64,000 bases of DNA from a virus (Duplodnaviria > Caudoviricetes): the IMG/VR virus record IMGVR_UViG_3300044719_000253, positions 64,001-128,000 of that record; one strand, written 5' to 3'. The position numbers and the translations under genes are program-made. Every line of letters starts with the position of its first letter. Position 1 is the first letter of the stretch. The notes below the pieces were generated by a model, which was given only the letters and a program-made list of their open reading frames with translations, made no database searches and was not told the origin of the DNA. This document shows, in pieces, positions 55,100 to 63,996 of the stretch.

Positions 55100-55193
55100 G
55101 CTATTTCCTTTTTTGTACAAGTTGTTGTGTAATTTGTTTGCGCAAACAAACTGTTTATTGAACACTTTCCTGGGTGTTCCTATTAGTGATATA
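55100..55193 (-). promoter_or_regulatory. chmA early promoter (TATATCACTAA at 55183-55193) and hairpin-containing 5' leader
   Basis: Third copy of the 11-mer; leader hairpins GAACAC/GTGTTC and the palindrome TTTGTTTGCGCAAACAAA. Confidence 0.65.
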
Positions 55194-55457
55194 GGCGTAT
55201 TTTTGTTTAGCGCCAGATTTCGAGAGCATACCGCAATAGGAACCATGGGACGCCGATTGCGTCTTCCACTATACAATGGGGTAGGTGATGTATTTTTTTA
55301 CTTGAACATGGCTTTCCCTTTCGTACCAATCCCCGAGTTCTGAACCACTCGCTCAAGCGATACACAGATGGAGTATTTTTCTAACACTATTCCACCCTGT
55401 CCGTGGTGCAATCGTATGTCCCTGCCCCCATTCCTTTTTCCATGATGAGTCCCGTTT

Positions 55458-56552
55458 ATGTATAGCCTGATTAAGGTTGATCCTAAAAAAGAATACGGCG
55501 TAGCGCGACTGCCTGAATGGAAAGCTGTCCGTGACGGGCTCACGCGTAACCTCGTTGCGTTCTTACAGCACCACCGGCACGCCAGCTACAGCGTCGCTGC
55601 GGATCATCTGTTGGTGAAATTGTTGCAGTCGATCGCAGTGCCGCACAGTCTCAATAGTGACCGCTACTATAGTAACATCAGTCTCAATGCGTTGGCGGTG
55701 GCCAACAGCTTACAACTGACCACCCCGTTCGGCGAAGGTAAACTGTTCACTGGGATGTTCTTTAATAAGCAAGTGCAAGAAGTGGTGATCGCGTTTGATG
55801 AAGCGTTTGATTATCAGTACGTCGAGCAACACTGGGAAGATGCCACCCCTGTGCGGGTGGTGCGCCATCCGTTTCCCCATGTGACTTTGCAAGTGCCCAA
55901 TGGGCGTTTTATCAGTCCGCACAGCGGGGTCAGTGTGGTTGCGGTAAACGTGGCGTTGTTGGCCGTGCAACATCGGGCCTTTTGTCTGGCTGAGCAGTAC
56001 AAGCAACAAACCATCCCGGGTTACGTTCAGCGCAACACCATGCAATTTATCCACATGTTTGTGTTGCCGAACATGTTGGAGAGTTATCTCGATTATGCCA
56101 TCTTTAATCGGATCGACTCTCATCGCAGTGGGCAGCCGATGTTGATGTTGCCACACAAGTCGACGATCCATTTGCCGAACTACACCAAACTGACCGACCA
56201 AACGTTACTGCGGCTGCTGGAGATTGTGGAGAGATCCGATTACAGTCCCCAGCAACTCTTGGCTGCGATTCCTGCGGTAACGTTGCCGGACATGCGTGAA
56301 GTGATGTGTGTGCCGGACGTCGCGCCGACGCGGCAAATTCTATGGTCGGTGATTTTGGCACGCTTACCCATGTTGTTATTTTTAGCACGGGTTGCACAAA
56401 AGACAGACCGCATCCGCAACCAAACCGGCTTGGCGGATGTGGCCACCATGTTGATCCGGTTAAAGAATCAACGGGTCCTGGATTCCACCTTACCCAAACC
56501 GTTATACACCCCAGCCATGGATACCATCCACGAAATCCTCGGCTATCTCTAA
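55458..56552 (+). CDS. Conserved virion protein (phiKZ gp52-like)
   Basis: 364 aa; YVLPNML-like motif (FVLPNML); divergent from chmA; synteny. Confidence 0.6.
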   Translation: MYSLIKVDPKKEYGVARLPEWKAVRDGLTRNLVAFLQHHRHASYSVAADHLLVKLLQSIAVPHSLNSDRYYSNISLNALAVANSLQLTTPFGEGKLFTGMFFNKQVQEVVIAFDEAFDYQYVEQHWEDATPVRVVRHPFPHVTLQVPNGRFISPHSGVSVVAVNVALLAVQHRAFCLAEQYKQQTIPGYVQRNTMQFIHMFVLPNMLESYLDYAIFNRIDSHRSGQPMLMLPHKSTIHLPNYTKLTDQTLLRLLEIVERSDYSPQQLLAAIPAVTLPDMREVMCVPDVAPTRQILWSVILARLPMLLFLARVAQKTDRIRNQTGLADVATMLIRLKNQRVLDSTLPKPLYTPAMDTIHEILGYL

Positions 56553-56571
56553 TACCTCTTGAAAGACAAAC

Positions 56572-57870
56572 ATGAAACGACATCTGCAAGCCCCCGAAGT
56601 GCCGCCGGTTCAGGTACCGATGCTGTCGGTGGAAGAAGAAGCGATCCTGACGGACGAGCATAACGAAGCCAGCCAAGCCCTCGACCAAGCCACGGCCGAT
56701 GCCGACCGCGTCACCGAAGTGGCGGAAGTGGCCACCGATGCCGTGCAAGTCGTCGACATCACCCCGCAAGTCGGCCAAGTCGAAGCGGAGCTGGTGGGCG
56801 CCGTGGGTGACATGGCCGTGGCCGGTACCGATGCCGATCCAGCCGATGTGATTTCGCTGCCGACCCCGACCGAAGGCGCTGAGCCGGCCCCGGAAGGGCT
56901 GAGCGTGGAAGGTATCGCCAGCACCCTGAAGTCGATCTGGGATGCGATCGTCACGGCGATCAAGAACATGTGGGTCGGCCTGAAGCACTGGCTTACCACC
57001 TATTTTTCTTCGCTGGAGCAGAACAAGAAACACGCCGAGAAACTGATCGAACGTCTGTCGGGGATGAAAGGATATCTGGCCAATGATGGCGCCCTGCTGA
57101 CTTCGGCCATCACCAACATTTACCATTACGGAGGTAAGAGTTTCCTGGACATGTCGAACACCATCGGTCGCCAAGAAAGCGACTTCAACACGTATGTGCT
57201 CGACGCCGTACAACTCCAGCATAACCAGATGAATGCGGTCGGCCTCGAACTCTCGCAAGCCTACGCCAAATACGACGGCGGCGCCACCGATCATGTTAGC
57301 CAAGTCATCGACAACGTGACCAAGCACCTGGTCGACTACATGGCCAAGCTGAAACTGATCGCCAAAGGCAGCGAAATGAGCACCAAACCGGTCGCCGGTA
57401 TGCGCGTGGTGGTCAAGGGTTACAACGAAAACGTCAGCGACGACGTGCAGTCGGTGGAAACCAAGATCGCCCTGCTGTCGAAAGTGCGTTTCTCGGCCGA
57501 CCAAGACACTGACCTCAGCACCGGGGCACGTCTGAGTGTGGCCCTCGACGTCACGCCGGATCAGCTGCTGGTGTGGGTCAAAGACCGCCTGGCGTTCATC
57601 GACAACCTGATCAAGCTCAAGGACAAGCAGTTCGACGATCTGGAGACCCGCGTGGTGTCGGTCACGAGCGCCTGTGAAGCCATGCTCGGTCGGGTCAAAG
57701 CCACTGACAAGGAAAGCGAATCCTTCGCGAAACGTCTGATGCCGTTGACGACCGCTTACGCTAACTGGGCCACCCAACCCACCGCCAGTCTGCTGAAGAC
57801 GGCGGCGCGCCACAATAAGTTCTGGCTGTCGCTGTTCGAGATGGCCACCAACAATTTCCGCCCTGCGTAA
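56572..57870 (+). CDS. Internal head protein, paralogue of 11179..12627
   Basis: Propeptide aligns with 11179..12627 (DMAVAGTDADPADVI vs EMAVAGSDGDPDDVI); LSVEG cleavage site followed by SIWDAIVTAIKNMW helix. Confidence 0.75.
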   Translation: MKRHLQAPEVPPVQVPMLSVEEEAILTDEHNEASQALDQATADADRVTEVAEVATDAVQVVDITPQVGQVEAELVGAVGDMAVAGTDADPADVISLPTPTEGAEPAPEGLSVEGIASTLKSIWDAIVTAIKNMWVGLKHWLTTYFSSLEQNKKHAEKLIERLSGMKGYLANDGALLTSAITNIYHYGGKSFLDMSNTIGRQESDFNTYVLDAVQLQHNQMNAVGLELSQAYAKYDGGATDHVSQVIDNVTKHLVDYMAKLKLIAKGSEMSTKPVAGMRVVVKGYNENVSDDVQSVETKIALLSKVRFSADQDTDLSTGARLSVALDVTPDQLLVWVKDRLAFIDNLIKLKDKQFDDLETRVVSVTSACEAMLGRVKATDKESESFAKRLMPLTTAYANWATQPTASLLKTAARHNKFWLSLFEMATNNFRPA

Positions 57871-57871
57871 A

Positions 57872-57922
57872 CGATATAAAGCACCCGCCCTCTCCCCACG
57901 GGGAGAGGGTCGGTATGCCGTC
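57872..57922. terminator. Hairpin between convergent genes
   Basis: CCCTCTCCC-CAC-GGGGAGAGGG followed by GGTATGCCGTC. Confidence 0.7.
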
Positions 57923-60065
57923 AATAAAAGTCCATCGCCAATTGGCTCAAGTCATCGTGGTTGAAGTAAAACCCGATCGTTTCTAAAATCAAGTAAAACA
58001 TCGCCGTGGCTTTTTGCACGATCTTACGCACATCCACCGCCGCCATGATCTCTTCCGGGATTCCTTTGGCCGAGACAATCGGTAGCGGTAACTGTAATGA
58101 CGTGATTTTATCGCGACCGTTCATCTCCAACCAACGCCGCATCGCCCGCGCAATCTCTTGGTCGGGCATCTTGTCCAGCCAGTTGTTGGTCTTGGTTTTA
58201 CTGTCCAATTCCAAACTGACATAGATCGCCTTGTATGGGGGCGGTGGGATCATCCCATACTTGCCGCCAAACACGTCGTTCCACATGCCGTACTGTTTAT
58301 ACGCCGAGGTTTCTTCGCCGTTCTTGTAGGCTTGCGGGTCTTTCACGGTGCTGAGTTTCAGATACTTGAATTCCCCTTTACGAATCGACTCCACAATCCC
58401 GCGCTCCAAGTCCGCCACTTCCTTGACGTATTTGTACGCGCTGATCGTGCCCTTGGCCATGATGGTGTTCATGATGTCCAGCATCATGGCTTCGGCTTGT
58501 TGCACAATCGCTTTGGGGGCGTTGGATGACTTCAAGTGCACGCCCTTGATTTCTTTCTTGAGCTCCTTCTTGATGTTACCTTCCTGGCAACTGATCTGGG
58601 CAAAATAATGTTTCCCCAATTGCGTCAACACAAAGACGTCGAACTTGAATTCGTTCTTCATCTCAATCGTAAACGCATGATTCCGACCAATTCCGACGTT
58701 GGCCGACATCTTGGCCAGGATGTGGATGATGGATTGCGAAGCCAAGAAGATCATCGAAGCGCACACGGCGTCATACGTGGCATCGAACTTAACTTCTTTA
58801 CAATACCACATGATCCAATCTTGGGTGGTAAAGATGGTCGAGTCGGTGTCCGACACCAATACCACCCGGCGCAGACTGTTGGGGAACATCGCAATCGATG
58901 GCGGCAGGTTATCAGTGGCCCAGAACGTGCGAATCAGATCCGCATACGACCACATCACATTCGCGATATTTTCGGTTTGCGCGGCCACAATCCCGTAACC
59001 GCGCGGATCGCCGTTCTTGATCTCGTCCATCGACTTGCCCTTGGTGATTTCGGGCTGGAGTTGTTTGGCTAGGTTGAAGAAGTCTTCGGGCCACTTTTTG
59101 ATGGTGTCGGCGGGAGTGGGATCAGGTACATCCACCCGTTGAATAAGGCGTCCCATAAAAGCGCGCACAAAATCATCATTGAATTCCTTCAGTTGGTACA
59201 TGTCCCCTGTGTAGACAAAGGCAGCACGTTGGATCGGCGTGAGATGGTCAATCAAGTCACGAATCTTGGCGTACGCTGGCTTGGAATTCCAATAGAGCTT
59301 AGCCGAGCGGTACACAACATTGAAGGTTTCTTCGGCAGTCGGGTAATGCAAATTGTAACGGGTCATCACGCGTTCCACCGCCGCCATGTCAGTGTGCGCC
59401 ACGATCGAGATGATGTTGTTACGGGTGATGTCATACGACCAGTAATGGCGGTTGCTGGCCAAAAAGCGTTCGTTGTTGGCATTGCCGTATGCCGAAGTTT
59501 GCCGACAGGATGAGGTCAGCGATGAGTGGCCGGTTTTGTTATGCAGCGGATTGTGTTCACTCACCATCGCGCCCGAGACGGCATTATTCGCTAACTTCTC
59601 GGTAGTTTGCAAGCCGCTGAAGTAGCGATAATTAAAGCTGCTCTCGCCTTCTTCTTGACCTGCCTTGAACATGGATTTCTTAGCCTTGCCGCGTGACTTG
59701 ACGTTGTCGTCCTGAAACTTCGACAGCGGCGACAAACGCACTTCGGGGTTGTGGTAAGTGGTGAAGGTGGGGGCATAGATCTGACCATCGCGTAAAATCG
59801 TCCCGATGTATTCCGACATCGGTACACATCCGTCTTCCCGGTCACCGGTATCAAAGTCACGCTCTAAGAAGACCGCATTCGGATCTTGGATTGGAAACTC
59901 GCCCCCGGGAGCCAGTTCTTGTCTGACAAACTGCGCGGCTTCTTCATAGCTGATCCCGGCCATGATTTGCAAATGCACCGCATGTTGGTGCACGGCATCG
60001 CGCAAGGGATTGATGCTGCGTTTATAATCTTCAGCAGGAGAAATAAACGGGCTGTTTTTCGACAT
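57921..60065 (-). CDS. Split B-family DNA polymerase, catalytic subunit (phiKZ gp50-like)
   Basis: Motif B KLANNAVSG, motif C SDTDSTIF, KHYFA, EIKGVHLK. Confidence 0.9.
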   Translation of the reverse strand: MSKNSPFISPAEDYKRSINPLRDAVHQHAVHLQIMAGISYEEAAQFVRQELAPGGEFPIQDPNAVFLERDFDTGDREDGCVPMSEYIGTILRDGQIYAPTFTTYHNPEVRLSPLSKFQDDNVKSRGKAKKSMFKAGQEEGESSFNYRYFSGLQTTEKLANNAVSGAMVSEHNPLHNKTGHSSLTSSCRQTSAYGNANNERFLASNRHYWSYDITRNNIISIVAHTDMAAVERVMTRYNLHYPTAEETFNVVYRSAKLYWNSKPAYAKIRDLIDHLTPIQRAAFVYTGDMYQLKEFNDDFVRAFMGRLIQRVDVPDPTPADTIKKWPEDFFNLAKQLQPEITKGKSMDEIKNGDPRGYGIVAAQTENIANVMWSYADLIRTFWATDNLPPSIAMFPNSLRRVVLVSDTDSTIFTTQDWIMWYCKEVKFDATYDAVCASMIFLASQSIIHILAKMSANVGIGRNHAFTIEMKNEFKFDVFVLTQLGKHYFAQISCQEGNIKKELKKEIKGVHLKSSNAPKAIVQQAEAMMLDIMNTIMAKGTISAYKYVKEVADLERGIVESIRKGEFKYLKLSTVKDPQAYKNGEETSAYKQYGMWNDVFGGKYGMIPPPPYKAIYVSLELDSKTKTNNWLDKMPDQEIARAMRRWLEMNGRDKITSLQLPLPIVSAKGIPEEIMAAVDVRKIVQKATAMFYLILETIGFYFNHDDLSQLAMDFY

Positions 60066-60113
60066 GTTGGGCCTGTTGTTCGAATTCGACTACATGATGA
60101 GGCATGACGATAC

Positions 60114-60164
60114 AAAAAAAGAAAAGACAACATAAAAAGACCAGGAACCCGAAGGTCCCTGGCC
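60114..60164 (-). terminator. Intrinsic terminator
   Basis: Stem around a UUCG-containing loop (minus: GGCCAGGGACCTTCGGGTTCCTGGTC), then TTTTTATGTTGTCTTTTCTTTTTTT. Confidence 0.8.
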
Positions 60165-60485
60165 GAAATTACAACTATGGATATCACGCACTACAAACAG
60201 CACAACGTGAAAAACATTACGTCATGTCATGGCGCCAGCTTTGGTACCAAGAACAAACGACGATCGGATCAACCGACGGTAAGGAAATGAACCGGCAGGA
60301 TACACGACGGTTATTCGTTTCCAACACCAAAGTTGCGTCACCTCTACGCCCTGTTACCATGGATGGCCGTAACGTTTTTCACCACACTACTCTGCCGCAA
60401 ACAGAGTCCTACCTCTCCCGCCAGCCAGGTCCTTTGGGAGCGCATTGAGGCGTGCGCACCTCGCTGCATTCAATACGGGACCCGA
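60165..60485 (-). ncRNA. Candidate structured non-coding RNA (family unknown)
   Basis: About 320-nt gap with no convincing ORF or RBS, several short stems, closed by its own terminator. Could instead be a long 3' UTR or a decayed gene. Confidence 0.3.
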
Positions 60486-60496
60486 ATAAAAAAGGA

Positions 60497-60901
60497 TCAA
60501 GTAATTGATTGGAAGTCACACGAACTGACCTTGAAGTTATTCGCGGCCAGGGCTGACAAGATCTTCTGTTGACTGGTGCTGGCTTCATTATCGATCACGA
60601 TGGTGTACCGACCCAGGTTCACGCTTTGTAACGTGGTCGGGTTGATCCACTCCATGGCGATGATCTGGGTCAAACCGCTCGGCAGCTTGATCTTCAAATA
60701 CCGGTACTTTTGCGGGTTGTTAACCGTGGTGCTGGGCAGCGACGGATAGATCAACGCATGTTGCGCCAAAATATCCAAACCCATCGCTTGGGCCGATTCC
60801 GCATCCAGGATCGACATCACCAACGCATTTTTGAAGTCTGTCCCCAGCACCGCCACGGGATACACACTGAACGAATACACACCACCAACTTGAACGTCCA
60901 T
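60497..60901 (-). CDS. Conserved core protein (phiKZ gp49-like)
   Basis: 134 aa; YSFSVYPVAVLG, YPSLP, YLKIKL, WINPTT; position next to the polymerase gene. Confidence 0.65.
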   Translation of the reverse strand: MDVQVGGVYSFSVYPVAVLGTDFKNALVMSILDAESAQAMGLDILAQHALIYPSLPSTTVNNPQKYRYLKIKLPSGLTQIIAMEWINPTTLQSVNLGRYTIVIDNEASTSQQKILSALAANNFKVSSCDFQSIT

Positions 60902-60922
60902 GTAAGCCTCATCGAGAAAAGA

Positions 60923-61276
60923 TTAATTCTTGCAACGACGCACACATAAATCCCAACCTTGCATCGAGAATGGGATATACATGAGTGCGCCGTCTATATA
61001 GAATCCACGGGCCCGCAATTCAGGCCAGAGTCGCACCATCAAATGGTAGGCGAGTTTATCAACCGCTTCGTGGTTCACACTCAGATGATTGGCGAAAATG
61101 AGACTGCTGTAGTCGAGGATATTGCGATCGGTCAAGTCCAGTGGAGTGTTACTGTCCAAAATCCAAAAGAGTTGTTGAAAGATTTGTAAGCGGTCTTCTT
61201 GGCAAATCTGGTACCCCAGACCGCGTTCAAATTCTTCCACCATCTCCATGGTGTCGATGATGGTGATCTCATGCAT
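60923..61276 (-). CDS. Hypothetical protein, small paralogous family
   Basis: 117 aa; LMVRLWPELRARGFY motif. Confidence 0.55.
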   Translation of the reverse strand: MHEITIIDTMEMVEEFERGLGYQICQEDRLQIFQQLFWILDSNTPLDLTDRNILDYSSLIFANHLSVNHEAVDKLAYHLMVRLWPELRARGFYIDGALMYIPFSMQGWDLCVRRCKN

Positions 61277-61281
61277 GAAAA

Positions 61282-61920
61282 TTACTCCGAGGTAAAACCA
61301 ACCACCGGCGGAGGATCAGGGATTTCAGCATCGAGGGCGACCACCACACAATCATCTTCCCAACCCGCATAGTGGTAGGGGAAGCGGTTATGTTTGTACA
61401 TACCGTACTCGATCAGACGCTGATAGAGCTGCTTCCCGAATCGCATGGCCAAATCAGCGATCTGGCGGCGGGTGTTGGAAATGGCTTGAGGGGCGTACAC
61501 GCCCGGAATATTAGAACGGATCTGGATCTCGGCCATGTGGGCGACGTCAATCCAGAGTGAACCCATGGCCAAATCGAGGTCATGCTCGGCTTCGCCCTTG
61601 GATTTGATAGCTTCCAGGGCGGCGCCGATGATCAAACTGATGTCGGGATGCCAGGCACGGCTGCGTTCGGACACATGGTGCTTCATGTACACGTGCTTGT
61701 ATACTTTCCCGTCGTCACCGATGGTGTACACTTCCGGCAAGATAAGTTCGGCGTCCCCGGGGTGTTCCATGATCTCGGCATTAATGATCCTATCCCATTC
61801 GCTCACGAACGAGGTGACGATATCACCGATATTCAAAATGTAATAATCCGGGTACTTCGGCACGACATTCGGGACCGGGTAGTAACGATCACTGGGTACG
61901 TTGTAAGGTGTAGGTTTCAT
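61282..61920 (-). CDS. Hypothetical protein, small paralogous family
   Basis: Likely start MKPTPY; FGKQLYQRLIEYGMY motif. Confidence 0.55.
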   Translation of the reverse strand: MKPTPYNVPSDRYYPVPNVVPKYPDYYILNIGDIVTSFVSEWDRIINAEIMEHPGDAELILPEVYTIGDDGKVYKHVYMKHHVSERSRAWHPDISLIIGAALEAIKSKGEAEHDLDLAMGSLWIDVAHMAEIQIRSNIPGVYAPQAISNTRRQIADLAMRFGKQLYQRLIEYGMYKHNRFPYHYAGWEDDCVVVALDAEIPDPPPVVGFTSE

Positions 61921-62311
61921 AGTCCGACGGTTGTACAATGACTTTATAACGCTCGGTGCCGGTGACGATCAACCCGAGTTCCTGTAGTTTGAAGTAAAGC
62001 GCGGTGCCGAATTGCCGCAAACACGCATGCAGATAATCGTCCAGGAGTTTCTTTTCCCGCTGGGCTTGCAAGGGCGTGGTGTAGACAAACTCCACCTTGG
62101 TATACATCCAGTCATGCGCCAGCATGTGTCGGATGATGCGCTCCAATACCACCGCAGGATCCTGGTCGGGCACTTCAAACATTTCTAAAATGCGCCATTT
62201 GACGGGGTCCAGATCGAAGGTGGGTAAATCATCTTTGGACAATTGCTTCTCAAGGGTCGCAATGGCCTCAGAAAAATCCACAATGTAGTTATCTCCTACG
62301 GCCATAATCAC
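61889..62311 (-). CDS. Hypothetical protein, small paralogous family
   Basis: 140 aa, AGGAG RBS; FGTALYFKLQELGLI motif. Confidence 0.55.
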   Translation of the reverse strand: MIMAVGDNYIVDFSEAIATLEKQLSKDDLPTFDLDPVKWRILEMFEVPDQDPAVVLERIIRHMLAHDWMYTKVEFVYTTPLQAQREKKLLDDYLHACLRQFGTALYFKLQELGLIVTGTERYKVIVQPSDYETYTLQRTQ

Positions 62312-62313
62312 TC

Positions 62314-62706
62314 CTAATGTTTCTCTAGCAAAAGGTATTCTTGCTGGGTCCCTACCTCGACTGCGTCGCCACTGAGTTTCATCCCTTGCAACAAATGCTG
62401 TTGTTGTTTGAGCAAAGTATTGGCGGTGTGGCTGATCAAATACGTGGCCGCTAGAATCGCGCGTTCCACATGATGCTTTTCCGCGTCGTTGGCGTACAGA
62501 TCGTGGTAATGCTGGGACTCATAGTACTGTTGAAAAACACCATCCACAAACGCTTGATCGAGTTCTTGATCGTCCGGATGGTGGGCGTGGTGTGCCAAAT
62601 AATCGGCGATGAGTCCGTTAAACCCTTTCGGGTAGAACTCAAACAGATGTTCGAAATTCTGACACACTTCGAACATCCCCAAAGTATCGACAATGTATTT
62701 ATGCAT
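62314..62706 (-). CDS. Hypothetical protein
   Basis: Likely start MHKYIVD at 62706, overlapping the upstream stop. Confidence 0.5.
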   Translation of the reverse strand: MHKYIVDTLGMFEVCQNFEHLFEFYPKGFNGLIADYLAHHAHHPDDQELDQAFVDGVFQQYYESQHYHDLYANDAEKHHVERAILAATYLISHTANTLLKQQQHLLQGMKLSGDAVEVGTQQEYLLLEKH

Positions 62707-63088
62707 AAGCGCGTTGTTTGAGGTACACCAAGAGCGTGACGCCGTCCGTATCCAAAATGAAGCGGCCCGCCGCAAGCTCTTGGAACGTGAGGCCTGGGAA
62801 GCAACCGATCACCAGATTAAACAGGGCGTTAAAGACGTCTTGGGAAAACTGTTGCGCCATCTCTTCGTCGACCCCGCGAATTTTCAAGTAATGGGCAGCC
62901 GGAGCGATATGGGATGTCGCATCACGGTCCCAAATCTTCACGCTCAATTCTTCCAACAAATGACCCACAAATTCCCGCACCGAGACGTCGTACTGCGTGC
63001 GGGGTGAAAAATGGGCCAACCCGTGTTCGATCACTTGCAGCACCGGATCGAACGATAACAGGTACAGGGCTTCGGTTTCCATGGTCAA
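62699..63088 (-). CDS. Hypothetical protein
   Basis: 129 aa; overlaps both neighbours, consistent with an operon. Confidence 0.5.
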   Translation of the reverse strand: MTMETEALYLLSFDPVLQVIEHGLAHFSPRTQYDVSVREFVGHLLEELSVKIWDRDATSHIAPAAHYLKIRGVDEEMAQQFSQDVFNALFNLVIGCFPGLTFQELAAGRFILDTDGVTLLVYLKQRAYA

Positions 63089-63996
63089 CGGTAAGGGTGA
63101 GGAGAGTGAGGATCAGGCAGCAACTGTGTTAACGTGCCGTCCGCCTTGGCGCGCAGGAAACGCTGGTAATCCGGATCATTCATGATGCGCTCCCATTCAT
63201 GGATTCGATAATCACCCAATTGATCGACACGGATCTGGTAGCCGTCCAGGTAATTTACGGTACACATCTGGTACGGATTGTGGCGCAGGGCATCGCGAAT
63301 CGGGGCCAGCACAAACCGCATCTCTTCAAAGATGCCACTGAAGGCCCGGATAAACCACGGATCGGTTTTCAGGTGTTCGATCTTGTCCCGATCCGACAAC
63401 GTGATCGGCAGATATGTCGCGCTGATAAACGGCATGACAATTTCTTCGATCAACCGACCCGGGGTATGGTTAAAATACCGGGTCGAGGCGATCTCGTTAT
63501 CGATCATTTGGTGTACGATCTTGATCCCAGCCCACGGCAGCGTCGGGGTGAGTGAAGCTTCATGAGCACGGTTATGCGGCAACACCGTGGCGCGCGGTTG
63601 CGCGTCCGAGCCCGGCAAAGGATCGGTGGGATGGTAATACGGTGGCCGAAACCCGACGCCCATGTCCACCACATCGTACGGTGTAGATAACACTGCTTCC
63701 AAGTTCTCAACCCGCACGTAGTGATACCGGTAGTATTGCCAGGATTGGTTATGCACTGTCAGCACGTCACCATACAAGGAATTCGGTTTGGTGGTTTGAT
63801 GGATCGGTACCGGTTGCTGATACCAATACTCGTGATCGGCCCGGAGCACCGGGTCGAGTTGGTTGGGTAAGTAAATTCCTTTCTCTGGTTCTCGCAACAC
63901 CATCTCTAGTGTGCTTTGAATACCGTGAGCGATATCGTGCACATCCGCAAAATACGAATGGCGGATGTCCAACTGTTGCGAAGCAGAATAAGGCAT
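63085..63996 (-). CDS. Conserved hypothetical protein of phiKZ-like phages
   Basis: 303 aa; C-terminal QLGDYRIHEWER motif; the start lies at the window edge, so it could extend further. Confidence 0.55.
   Translation of the reverse strand: MPYSASQQLDIRHSYFADVHDIAHGIQSTLEMVLREPEKGIYLPNQLDPVLRADHEYWYQQPVPIHQTTKPNSLYGDVLTVHNQSWQYYRYHYVRVENLEAVLSTPYDVVDMGVGFRPPYYHPTDPLPGSDAQPRATVLPHNRAHEASLTPTLPWAGIKIVHQMIDNEIASTRYFNHTPGRLIEEIVMPFISATYLPITLSDRDKIEHLKTDPWFIRAFSGIFEEMRFVLAPIRDALRHNPYQMCTVNYLDGYQIRVDQLGDYRIHEWERIMNDPDYQRFLRAKADGTLTQLLPDPHSPHPYR

Noticed and set aside
53108-55132. 674-aa plus-strand ORF opposite chmA, and similar long antisense ORFs (11275..12645, 12711..14180, 31828..33354, 41426..42742, 56104..57924)
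   Set aside because: They mirror strongly codon-biased genes, lack RBS and recognisable motifs, and are the expected shadow ORFs of C/G-ending codons.
60104-60448. 114-aa plus-strand ORF
   Set aside because: It starts within the A-run and terminator (giving KKKRQHKK), has no RBS or motif, and opposes local transcription.
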